Shown here piece by piece: positions 1 through 7,628 of a stretch of 35,852 nucleotides of DNA (within the stretch, counting starts at the first letter, position 1; every line of letters starts with the position of its first letter). The position numbers were made by a program, and so were the translations under genes. The notes beneath the pieces were generated by a model that worked only from the letters and a program-made list of their open reading frames with translations, searched no databases and had not been told where the DNA came from. This DNA is from a virus. Lineage: Duplodnaviria > Caudoviricetes. The stretch covers positions 1 through 35,852 of the IMG/VR virus record IMGVR_UViG_3300010382_000022. One strand, given 5' to 3'.

Positions 1-252
1 TCATTCATCGTCTTCGAACGTAAGTAGCCATTCGACTTTTACACCCAGAACCGAAGCAAAGATAGGTATTTCATAGTCGGGGACGAAGCGCGTTCCGATC
101 TCAATTCGGCTTATGCTGTCCCGCTCGATCGTGACGCCGCTGACCTGCATTTTTGCCGCCAGGGCGTCCTGTGATAGTCGTTTTTTCAGCCGCGCCATGC
201 GGATTCTGTCCCCGCTCATATTCTTTCTGCCGTTGTAATCATAAATTTTCAC
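1..252 (-). CDS. XRE/Cro-family helix-turn-helix transcriptional regulator
   Basis: Contains RIRMARLKKRLSQDALA...SISRIEIGTR, a typical HTH_3 pattern. GTG start at 252 follows an AAAGGAAGG RBS; the ORF track extends the gene to 306. Confidence 0.85.
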   Translation of the reverse strand: MKIYDYNGRKNMSGDRIRMARLKKRLSQDALAAKMQVSGVTIERDSISRIEIGTRFVPDYEIPIFASVLGVKVEWLLTFEDDE

Positions 253-269
253 CTTTGAACCTTCCTTTC

Positions 270-339
270 TTGTGTTAATCATCAGAACTTTTCTTGAAAT
301 TACCACAAGAAATCCGTATAATTGTGTTAAAGATCAGAA
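270..339. repeat. Two 18-bp direct repeats (TTGTGTTAAnnATCAGAA), putative operators
   Basis: 270-287 reads ttgtgttaatcatcagaa and 322-339 reads ttgtgttaaagatcagaa (16/18 identical). They flank the promoter at 294-322. Confidence 0.65.
294..322 (+). promoter_or_regulatory. sigmaA/sigma70-type promoter for the 372-1028 gene
   Basis: TTGAAA (294-299), a 17-bp spacer and TATAAT (317-322) in an AT-rich intergenic region, with GGAGG RBS at 360-364. Confidence 0.75.
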
Positions 340-371
340 GTACATAATTATTATTATACGGAGGAAATAAC

Positions 372-1028
372 ATGGGTTGGAAAATTGGCGGGGTTTTATC
401 CCTCGTTCTGGCCGCTGTGGCGGCGATCATCACGGTCACGACGGCGCCCGAATATAAAACGGGGATCGAATGGATCATTGTACTTGTCTTTGCCTTGATC
501 ACAATATTGTGTTTTGCGAAGGGCGCGAAAGTCAGCGCCAGGAAGAAGGCGGCGCGTCAGGATATGAACCAGACGTATATGACGGATCAAGACCTTCAAC
601 AGATTCAGGCTGGCGTCCTGCCGACGGTGTCCGGCGTTCCAGTTGTCCTGGCGAACGGTGAAACGGCCCACTACTTCGCGCCGGCTCGGCGGTATATCAC
701 AAAAACGAAGGCGGTCGGGCGAACGGGAAGCGGCGGCGGCGTTCGGGTTCGCGTTGCGAAGGGCGTTTCAGTAGGAGCCGGCGGCGGTGCCAGTCAGACG
801 GTCTATGACGACGTCACGGACTCCTTCGACGGACAGGTCGTCCTGACGGACCGGCGGATCGTTTTCCTTGCCAAACAGAACGGCTTCGACTGTAAACTGG
901 GCGGGATTTCGGCAATCACGCCAGAAGGCGATCGACTTATGATTCAGGCCGGCACGAAGAACTATCGCCTGGCCGTGGCACAACAGGGACACTTCGCGAA
1001 GGTCCTTGAAATGGCGGTAGGCAAATAA
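372..1028 (+). CDS. Membrane protein (two N-terminal hydrophobic helices, soluble C-terminal domain, possibly PH-like); moron-like accessory gene
   Basis: Has a strong RBS, two hydrophobic segments, a Gly-rich linker and a GQVVLTDRRIVF motif reminiscent of bacterial PH domains. It has its own promoter and terminator. Confidence 0.7.
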   Translation: MGWKIGGVLSLVLAAVAAIITVTTAPEYKTGIEWIIVLVFALITILCFAKGAKVSARKKAARQDMNQTYMTDQDLQQIQAGVLPTVSGVPVVLANGETAHYFAPARRYITKTKAVGRTGSGGGVRVRVAKGVSVGAGGGASQTVYDDVTDSFDGQVVLTDRRIVFLAKQNGFDCKLGGISAITPEGDRLMIQAGTKNYRLAVAQQGHFAKVLEMAVGK

Positions 1029-1066
1029 AAAAAGGCGGACAGGGAAAATTCCCCGTCCGCCTTTTT
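1027..1066. terminator. Bidirectional intrinsic terminator
   Basis: aaaaaggcggac...gtccgccttttt is a perfect inverted repeat with an inner gggaa/ttccc stem and A/T runs on both sides, between convergent genes. Confidence 0.85.
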
Positions 1067-1067
1067 G

Positions 1068-1553
1068 CTACTTCATGCGCTGTTTAATTGCTGTGTCGAT
1101 TTTCCTGTTTACCCTGGCATACTGCGTGTCTTTCGTCCGCTTCACGGATCGGCGAAGGGTGAAATGACCGCGTACATAGCCGCCCTTCGGGCCGACAAAC
1201 ATTCCGCCTTCCGGATCGTCCCTGTTATAAACGAACGTGTTTCCCTCCCAGTGACCAGGAACGAAGTGACTTCGGAAGCCGTGTTCCAGGTGTCCCGCAT
1301 AGTCCAGCGGATTATAAAACCGGACGATGTACCGTTTCCCACTCCGCTTCGCTTTGTTGTCGCTTTTCCAGTTCCGGCGATAGTCGCCAGTGTTGACGAT
1401 GTCCGGAACGTCGTTTTTGCAGATCAGCCGCGCCTGTTTCACTGCGTAGACGCCTTCGCCGACGGCGATTCCGTCCATGATCGCGGGAATGTCATTCTTC
1501 AAGGCTTCAAGCTGGGCCTTGAACTGGGTCAGTTCATTTCTGTTCACCGACAT
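1068..1553 (-). CDS. HK97 gp10-like tail/neck component
   Basis: Motifs VNTGDYRRNW and NPLDYAGHLEHG resemble the HK97-gp10 family pattern (DTGxLRxSW...NxxYAxxVEYG). Confidence 0.7.
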   Translation of the reverse strand: MSVNRNELTQFKAQLEALKNDIPAIMDGIAVGEGVYAVKQARLICKNDVPDIVNTGDYRRNWKSDNKAKRSGKRYIVRFYNPLDYAGHLEHGFRSHFVPGHWEGNTFVYNRDDPEGGMFVGPKGGYVRGHFTLRRSVKRTKDTQYARVNRKIDTAIKQRMK

Positions 1554-1616
1554 AAAATCGCCCCCGTTCTATGTAGCGGCGGGGCGGGGACGCGCCCCGC
1601 TCCGTCGTTGCGCTGT

Positions 1617-2111
1617 TTAGGTGTTCCCCTGGTCGGAATCGTTCTTCCCGTCGCCGGACAGCTTGTTCCCCGCGGCGTCCGTGGCGTCCTTGAAGACTTT
1701 GATCATCTTCTTCAAGAACTCCGGAATAGGCGCGCCCAGGGCGCCGGCGTTCTCCACAATGCTTCCAAGTTCGGTTATGATATACCACACGACGACGATC
1801 GGGCAAATTAAAACCGTGTAGTCGAACGGAAGCGTAATGGCGGGTATGTTGTTCACCACCAGGCCGACGACGATGTCGGCCAGTCCGGCGACCACGACGG
1901 CGATCAGCGACCCGCATTTATGCCACAGGCCGGCGCGTGCCGCTTCCGAACTCCATTCGCCGTTTTTGGAAGCCGCCGCCGATCCGGTCAGGTAGTCGAT
2001 CACCATGCAAAGAACGAATAGGATCACCAGCCAGCCGAACCAGCCGAAGGCCGCCGTCAGGGCGGCGAAGAAAGCCACAAGCGCGGCTTTTGCCGAATTG
2101 ATATGGTCCAT
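1617..2111 (-). CDS. Phage holin (toxin secretion/phage lysis holin family)
   Basis: Has hydrophobic helices and the motifs MVIDYLTG and ELGSIVENAGALGAPIPEFL. It is adjacent to the endolysin, and its ATG at 2111 follows an AGAAGGTG RBS. Confidence 0.88.
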   Translation of the reverse strand: MDHINSAKAALVAFFAALTAAFGWFGWLVILFVLCMVIDYLTGSAAASKNGEWSSEAARAGLWHKCGSLIAVVVAGLADIVVGLVVNNIPAITLPFDYTVLICPIVVVWYIITELGSIVENAGALGAPIPEFLKKMIKVFKDATDAAGNKLSGDGKNDSDQGNT

Positions 2112-2134
2112 GTTTAACACCTTCTTTCTTCCGG

Positions 2135-3523
2135 TCAAGCCGGAATCTTCAATATTTGCCCTGCGTAAATCGTGGTGCTGGTCAGGCTGTTCAGCTTTTG
2201 GATTTCCGGCCAGCGCGCGCCGTTGCCAAGCTGGGAAGCCGCGATCGCCCACAGGCTGTCCCCTGATTTCACTGTGTAGGTCTTCGGCGCCGGTGTCGGG
2301 GTGCTGGCGTTGCCGGCGGGAATCTTGATCTTCTGGCCGACGTTGATCAGGTTCGGGTTCGCGATCCCATTGTAGGACGCTAACTTCTGGTAGGTCGTCC
2401 CGTACTTCGCCGCGATTCCGGACAGCGTGTCGCCGGCCTTCACGGTGTAGACCGTTTCGCCGGAAGCCTGGCCGCCCTGGGGCGGTGTCCCGCCGCCGGT
2501 CATGCCGCCGCTGGCGCCGTCCCAGATCGTCAGGTCATAGGTTTCGATCAGGCTGACCAGCTTCGAAGTGTAGTTCGGGTCGGTTGCGTAGCCGTCTTCG
2601 CGGACATACTGACAGGCCAGCTTATAGTCGGTCAGGCCGCGAAGGTTTTTGTATCTGTCCAGGCGGTTGAACAGGTCCGAATGATCGGCCAGGGATTCCG
2701 CCCAGGACGGATATTTCCGGAACGTGGCGTCGACCGTGATATATTTCGAACCGTCCCATTCCTGGGTCTTGCAAGTGTAGCCCTGGCCGTTATAGGTTCC
2801 TTTGATCCCGAACAGGTTGTTCGCGGCCGTAGTCAGGCCGGATTTCCCCCAGCCGGATTCAAGGATCGCCTGGGCGATCGTCAGCGACGCCAGGATTCCG
2901 GACTTCTTCATGTCGGCCGCCGCCATAGGGCCGATCTTGTTGATAAAGGCTTTCTGTTCGTCCGTTCCTTTCGTGGCGGTCACGCCGCCGGAAGCATTGT
3001 CGGCCTTGTCCGCTTTACTGGCATAGTTCGGCGTTCCGAACCCGCGAATATAGCGGCCATTTACGGCCAGCTTCCGATAGCCGACGGCGTTGCTGATATT
3101 TCCTTCGATAACTGTGATCGTTCCGCCGCTGACCTCACAGACGATTCCGACGTGGTCGGCGTTGCCGGTGTTGTCGGTGGTCGTGAAGTTGGCGCCGTCT
3201 TCCCAGTCATAGAAGACATAGTCGCCAGGGGACGGAACGAAGGCGTCGTTCTCGGTCCAGCTTCCCAGGGCCTTGAAAAGTTCAATGTGCTTTTGACAGC
3301 CACATTCCGTCGGAATAATATCCGTCAGTCCGGCCTGGATCGCGACGGCGGACGCAAAGGTGGAACACCAGGCGTCGGTATATTTCATGGGATAGCCACG
3401 GGCCAGGGGCTTGTGGCTGTTGTAAAGGTCGATGATCTTCCGGTGACTTCCGTCGCTCTCTTTACAGCCGTAATAGCTTTTCGCGATCTCGACCAGTTTT
3501 TGTCTTAACTGATTTTCTGTCAT
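2135..3523 (-). CDS. Modular endolysin: CHAP-like + GH73 glucosaminidase + 2x LysM
   Basis: CHAP: AWCSTF...DHVGIV...TVIEGN. GH73: [27 protein letters not shown]. LysM: [13 protein letters not shown] and [13 protein letters not shown]. Confidence 0.92.
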   Translation of the reverse strand: MTENQLRQKLVEIAKSYYGCKESDGSHRKIIDLYNSHKPLARGYPMKYTDAWCSTFASAVAIQAGLTDIIPTECGCQKHIELFKALGSWTENDAFVPSPGDYVFYDWEDGANFTTTDNTGNADHVGIVCEVSGGTITVIEGNISNAVGYRKLAVNGRYIRGFGTPNYASKADKADNASGGVTATKGTDEQKAFINKIGPMAAADMKKSGILASLTIAQAILESGWGKSGLTTAANNLFGIKGTYNGQGYTCKTQEWDGSKYITVDATFRKYPSWAESLADHSDLFNRLDRYKNLRGLTDYKLACQYVREDGYATDPNYTSKLVSLIETYDLTIWDGASGGMTGGGTPPQGGQASGETVYTVKAGDTLSGIAAKYGTTYQKLASYNGIANPNLINVGQKIKIPAGNASTPTPAPKTYTVKSGDSLWAIAASQLGNGARWPEIQKLNSLTSTTIYAGQILKIPA

Positions 3524-3542
3524 GGGGAATACTCCTTTCCGT

Positions 3543-3577
3543 GTAAAAAGACGACCCCCTGGAAGGCCCAGGGGGTC
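3543..3577 (-). terminator. Intrinsic terminator/attenuator upstream of the endolysin
   Basis: A 10-bp perfect stem gaccccctgg/ccagggggtc (3553-3577), followed by GTCTTTTT on the minus strand. Confidence 0.65.
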
Positions 3578-3595
3578 AGACTTATTTCCGCCGGT

Positions 3596-3787
3596 TCATT
3601 CGGCGTCAGGGTCCAAATAGCCCATGTCCACAAGGTAGTCATGGACGCGGTCATAAAGGCCCTTCGGCACGTTCTCAAGCTGGAACTTCCCCAGAATGAT
3701 TTCGCCGGCATACAGACGAACAAGCATTTCGAAGCCCTCCTTTCCGAAGATTATCCTTGCAAGGAATATGAAAACGGTGGTCCACAT
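3596..3787 (-). CDS. Small CD1375-like phage protein
   Basis: Contains LVRLYAGEIILGKFQLENVPKGL. An alternative start at 3727 has an AAGGAGG RBS. It is a paralog of 3788-3919. Confidence 0.6.
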   Translation of the reverse strand: MWTTVFIFLARIIFGKEGFEMLVRLYAGEIILGKFQLENVPKGLYDRVHDYLVDMGYLDPDAE

Positions 3788-3919
3788 TTAGGCCACCCCG
3801 TTTTCCTGTGCGTCAGCCGCCAGGGCGGCTTCAACTTTCGCGCGAAGTCCGGTGGGGACGTCGTCGATCGTTATATTGCCGGCCTTGATCTCGCCGACAT
3901 AAAGCTGGACCAGCTTCAC
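3788..3919 (-). CDS. Small CD1375-like phage protein (43 aa, not in ORF track)
   Basis: GTG start after a GAAAGGAG RBS; translates as MKLVQLYVGEIKAGNITIDDVPTGLRAKVEAALAADAQENGVA. Confidence 0.7.
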   Translation of the reverse strand: MKLVQLYVGEIKAGNITIDDVPTGLRAKVEAALAADAQENGVA

Positions 3920-3937
3920 CGTCGATCACTCCTTTCG

Positions 3938-4078
3938 TTACTCTGAAAAGACCACGTCACAGATTTCCATGATACAGCCTTTCAGAAGTTCGTTTTCCTC
4001 CCGAAGCTCGGCGATCGTCCGGTCTGCTTCGGTCTGCCCGTTCATCGGGACATGGTCACATTCGTCTTTGTTGAACAT
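3938..4078 (-). CDS. Small hypothetical protein (46 aa, not in ORF track), possible tail-fibre chaperone
   Basis: ATG after an AAAGGAGG RBS; translates as MFNKDECDHVPMNGQTEADRTIAELREENELLKGCIMEICDVVFSE, which is coiled-coil-like. Confidence 0.65.
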   Translation of the reverse strand: MFNKDECDHVPMNGQTEADRTIAELREENELLKGCIMEICDVVFSE

Positions 4079-4091
4079 GGTCGTTCCTCCT

Positions 4092-5798
4092 TTACGCGAA
4101 GCGGACCGTCGCCTGGATCACTTCGATCGTCTGGGTCCCCTTCGTGATATAGAAGCGGTACGCCAGGCCATAGCCATTTGAAACGGTTGTGTTTTCGAAG
4201 GTGTGGACGAAGCGCCCGATCTTCTCGCTTATATCCTCCCAGACAGGCGAAGCGTCGAACGGGTTGTTCGTGACTTCACAGTGAAAAGTGGAGTCCACCG
4301 GCCGGTCGGAAGGGTACAGGGAAATAAAGCACTTCGACACTTGTGCGTCGGTGCTGAACGCGCGCGCGGCCGCGATCCTGGTGACTGTCCGGCTGAACGT
4401 GATCACGCGCTGGGCGGACCCGCCGGCGCCGTCCGTGACGCTGATCGTCAGGGTGTGACCTCCGGCCAGAAGCCGAAGCCATACGCCGGTCAGGTCGATC
4501 GTGTTCTGGGCGCCGCTTGTGGCCGCGAACGTGCGAAGGGTGATCGTTTCGGCTCCGTTGGTCAGGGTTTCCGTGACGGTCAAGGTCTGGGACGCGGCTT
4601 CGGCGTCGGTCACGGTGTAGGCATAAGAAAAGGGCGTCGTCTTCGCGCCCATGTTCTGATCCGAACCGCTGATCACGGGGTTCGTGTTGTATGAAATTGG
4701 CGTGGCGTTTCCGGTTCTGTATGCCGATTCGGCGCCGTAGCTGTCGACCGCTTTCACGCGGACCTGGTAATTCGTGCCGGCGGTCGGGACGGTGTCAGTA
4801 ACCGACTTTTCCGTGGTGATCCCGATCTGGGTATAGGTTCCGGTGTCGACGCGGCGTTCCCAGACGTAGCTGATCGGGTTCCCCTCCGGATCGGTAGAAC
4901 CGCCCGTCGTGATCGTCAAAGGCTGTCCGGCGCGCGGGGTTCCGTGGGAAACGGAAGTCGGGGTCGTGGGCGGTTGATTCCACTGAATGACATAGGCCCC
5001 GTCGGTGTCTGTTGTATCAGATACCAGGACGGAAGATGCCAATTCCAAAGCCGGCCGAACGCCAAAGTAGCCGCTCCAGGCGTCGCTGTCGCTCAACGTG
5101 CCGCCCGTGTTGACATTCCGCGCATCGTACGCGTGGCCGGCGTTCGGGGTTCTAAGCCACCAATACCAGAACTGCGTCGAAGAAAGGCTGGAATTGGTAT
5201 ATTCGGACGCGCTGACGGCTTCGGCCGTCGGGTAAGCCTGGCGGCGGCTGGCGCTGTTGAAGTAGTCCCACAGCGACCCTTCCGCTATGCCGTTTTCATT
5301 CCCCAGGCCCACTTCGGTTTCCGAAAGAAGGTAGACCTTCCGCGTGATGTCTTCATAGCTTCCGCCGTCCGTGACGGTGTTCTTTGCGACCCGAATAGTC
5401 GTGTCCAGGATCGCGTTCCGGAAGTCTGTTTCGAAGAAGGACAGGAAGCCGGCCTGGGCGTCGTATTCGTTATAATTGGACCAGACGTTCGCGTTATTCG
5501 GCGGCGCGTCGTAGGTGTGCCGCGCGGAATACCAGGCGCCGGCGCCGGCCGCGCTGTTCAGCCATTGGTCGATATTTGCCTGGCTGAATCGGTTGTTCCC
5601 GTAATTCAGACGATCGCCGTTCGGGTTGCTCGGCTCCTTCGCGTCGAAGCATTTCAGCGAAATGATCCGTTCTGTTACCAGCTTCGTTCGGCCGGACGCC
5701 TGGTGTCCGACTAAGAAGCGAACGACGGCGCCGTTATACTTCGTGTTGACTGACTTCACGACCGATCCAACGGGTAACGTCGACATTTGTTTTGCCAT
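4092..5798 (-). CDS. DGR target protein 1: N-terminal DUF6273/C-type-lectin-like domain with VR1, then Ig/FN3-like beta-rich domains; probable receptor-binding or adhesion protein
   Basis: Has the motif WWWLRTP...GVRPAL and contains VR1 at about aa 217-251. The C-terminal half is Thr-rich and beta-sandwich-like (NQPPTTP, YQVRVKAVD). It lies in the tail module. Confidence 0.85.
   Translation of the reverse strand: MAKQMSTLPVGSVVKSVNTKYNGAVVRFLVGHQASGRTKLVTERIISLKCFDAKEPSNPNGDRLNYGNNRFSQANIDQWLNSAAGAGAWYSARHTYDAPPNNANVWSNYNEYDAQAGFLSFFETDFRNAILDTTIRVAKNTVTDGGSYEDITRKVYLLSETEVGLGNENGIAEGSLWDYFNSASRRQAYPTAEAVSASEYTNSSLSSTQFWYWWLRTPNAGHAYDARNVNTGGTLSDSDAWSGYFGVRPALELASSVLVSDTTDTDGAYVIQWNQPPTTPTSVSHGTPRAGQPLTITTGGSTDPEGNPISYVWERRVDTGTYTQIGITTEKSVTDTVPTAGTNYQVRVKAVDSYGAESAYRTGNATPISYNTNPVISGSDQNMGAKTTPFSYAYTVTDAEAASQTLTVTETLTNGAETITLRTFAATSGAQNTIDLTGVWLRLLAGGHTLTISVTDGAGGSAQRVITFSRTVTRIAAARAFSTDAQVSKCFISLYPSDRPVDSTFHCEVTNNPFDASPVWEDISEKIGRFVHTFENTTVSNGYGLAYRFYITKGTQTIEVIQATVRFA
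5045..5150 (-). repeat. DGR variable repeat VR1
   Basis: 106-bp ungapped match to 7025-7130 (offset 1980) with 10 mismatches, all at positions where the TR coding strand has A. Confidence 0.96.
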
Positions 5799-6861
5799 GA
5801 TAGCCCTCCATTTCTTTTCTGAACAGGGTGAAGAACAGTTCGTCCGTCTGCCTGATCAGGTGGTGACTGTTGCCGTGTTCAGCGTGGCCGGTCCAGGAAG
5901 AATATGACTGGACCACAGTTTCGAAGGTGATCCGCCCTTCGTCCAGAAGGTGACGGAACTTCTTCAACTTCCGCCTGATCCGGTTTTTGCTGTCGCGGCG
6001 TAGTTTGCGAACGACCTTCCCACTGTCCGTCATATACGTCCGGAACCCCAGGAAGTCGATCCCCTGGGACAGCGGGAATATAGCCGTTTTATGATTAAGT
6101 TCCAGGCCAAGCGGGACCAGGAACTTCTTGATTTCTCCCAGACAATAGACCAGATAGTCCTTGTCTGGGTGGATCAAATAAAAGTCGTCCATGTACCGGC
6201 CGTACATTTTGATTCCCAGGCGTTCTTTGATCATGTGATCCATTCCGGACAGGTAAAGGACCGCGAACCACTGTGAAGTGTGATTCCCGATCGGGATTCC
6301 TGGGCCTTCGGTGGAATCTATGATCATATCAAGAAGCCACAGCACGTCGGGATCGTTAATCAGCCGACGAAGCTGTGACTTCAAAACGCCATGATCTAAA
6401 CTGTAAAAATACTTCCGAATGTCACACTTCAACACCCAGCCGTTCGCCCCGAACTGCCGGTAGTATTTGTGCATGAACACTTTCAGACGGTCCAGGCCGA
6501 AGTGTGTCCCTTTCCCTTTCTGACTCGCGTAATTGTCGTAGATGAAGGTCTTCGAAAGAAGCGGTTCCAGGACGTAGTCGCACAGGCTATGCTGAACGAT
6601 CTTGTCGCGGAAACTGTTATACATGATCAGCCGTTCCTTCGGTTCATGGACCAGAAAACAGTTATAGGGGGATAGGCGGTATTTCTTCGACGTTAGCATG
6701 AAGTGAAGGAACATAAGGTTTTCAAGGACATTCACTTCGTAGCGAACGACGGCATATTTCCACCTTTTCCCTTTACGCGCTTCCATGTACGACTGGTACA
6801 GGCTGTTAAAATCAGCCAGGACCGCGAAGTCAGAAGTCGGGGTCTTCGGGTCTTTGCTCAA
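5734..6861 (-). CDS. DGR reverse transcriptase
   Basis: Has the catalytic motif YGRYMDDF, the DGR-type motif GIPIGNHTSQ, and LKCDIRKYF, KGKGTH and IDFLGF. It is 375 aa with no maturase or endonuclease extension and lies next to TR and avd. Confidence 0.95.
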   Translation of the reverse strand: MSKDPKTPTSDFAVLADFNSLYQSYMEARKGKRWKYAVVRYEVNVLENLMFLHFMLTSKKYRLSPYNCFLVHEPKERLIMYNSFRDKIVQHSLCDYVLEPLLSKTFIYDNYASQKGKGTHFGLDRLKVFMHKYYRQFGANGWVLKCDIRKYFYSLDHGVLKSQLRRLINDPDVLWLLDMIIDSTEGPGIPIGNHTSQWFAVLYLSGMDHMIKERLGIKMYGRYMDDFYLIHPDKDYLVYCLGEIKKFLVPLGLELNHKTAIFPLSQGIDFLGFRTYMTDSGKVVRKLRRDSKNRIRRKLKKFRHLLDEGRITFETVVQSYSSWTGHAEHGNSHHLIRQTDELFFTLFRKEMEGYHGKTNVDVTRWIGREVSQHEV

Positions 6862-7025
6862 AATAAAATCCTCCTTGCCGCTTATAGTCTGGGCGCCGTA
6901 GCCGAAGCCCTCGCGTCGGCAATCATGTGTTTACCCTGGCCTTTCCGGCGTCGGGAAGGATATGACCTCCTTTGTTGGGGGCCTCTGCTTTCGGGCTTGT
7001 CGCCTTACTCGGTCACGTTTTCCAC

Positions 7026-7130
7026 CAAATCCGGCCGAACGCCATTGTAGCCGCTCCAGGCGTTGTTGTTGCTCAACGTGCCGTCCGTGTTGACATTCCG
7101 CGCATTGTTCGCGTTGCCGGCGTTCGGGGT
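7026..7130 (-). repeat. DGR template repeat TR
   Basis: Intergenic between avd and RT. In the target frame it reads TPNAGNANNARNVNTDGTLSNNNAWSGYNGVRPDL, with 10 AAY codons and 28 adenines, none at codon position 3. Confidence 0.96.
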
Positions 7131-7151
7131 ACAGGTCATACCCTAATATCA

Positions 7152-7628
7152 TTAACCTTCCGTCGGTGTGGCCGGCTCCGCGCCCTCCGCGTCGGCCTTT
7201 TCGGCTTCTTCGGCTGGCGTCTGCTCGGCCTTGTACCAGGCGGCGGCCATGAACTTAACGTCCAGGGTGATCTTCGTCCAATAGTCGAAGGTCCCTGTGT
7301 CTATATAGCCGCGTTTCTTCGACAGTTCGATGAAGAACAGAAGCATTTTACAGGCCGTCAGGGCGTCCCGTTGAAGGGTCAGCCGGCGGACCTTGTCGTC
7401 CTCGTTCCTAATCGGATAGATTTCATTCGCGGCCAGAAGTTTTTCGTAGATCGACAGGGCGTGATCCTGAATCCGGTTGACAATGGTGAAGCGAACCTTC
7501 TTCGGAAAGTGCTTCATGTTGTCGGTCAGGTCCAGGGTGTAGTCGATCAGGTTCGAAGCGACGGGAAGGACGTGAAGTGGACTGTCATTCCCGTTCGTCT
7601 TGCGCTGGTAATTGCGCCGTGTTCCCAT
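7152..7628 (-). CDS. avd: DGR accessory variability determinant (Avd-like four-helix bundle)
   Basis: Helical 158-aa protein with FPKKVRFTIVNRIQ and AANEIYP...RLTLQRDAL, directly upstream of TR. ATG at 7628 follows a GAAGGTG RBS. Confidence 0.85.
   Translation of the reverse strand: MGTRRNYQRKTNGNDSPLHVLPVASNLIDYTLDLTDNMKHFPKKVRFTIVNRIQDHALSIYEKLLAANEIYPIRNEDDKVRRLTLQRDALTACKMLLFFIELSKKRGYIDTGTFDYWTKITLDVKFMAAAWYKAEQTPAEEAEKADAEGAEPATPTEG

Larger units (their letters stand above)
5734..7628 (-). mobile_element. Diversity-generating retroelement core cassette (avd-TR-spacer-RT)
   Basis: Co-oriented avd, TR and RT, plus two VRs that differ from TR only at adenines. Confidence 0.95.

Noticed and set aside
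5734-6861. RT as a group II intron, retron or Abi RT
   Set aside because: It is short with no maturase or endonuclease domain, carries the IGxxxSQ motif, and is flanked by avd and a TR with A-specific VRs, all of which point to a DGR.
6931-7152. ORFs across the TR (73-aa track ORF, and a 44-codon ORF 7005-7139 in the target frame)
   Set aside because: Neither has a properly spaced RBS. An open frame is expected for a TR that mirrors coding VRs, so I treat the region as non-coding template RNA, although translation is not excluded.
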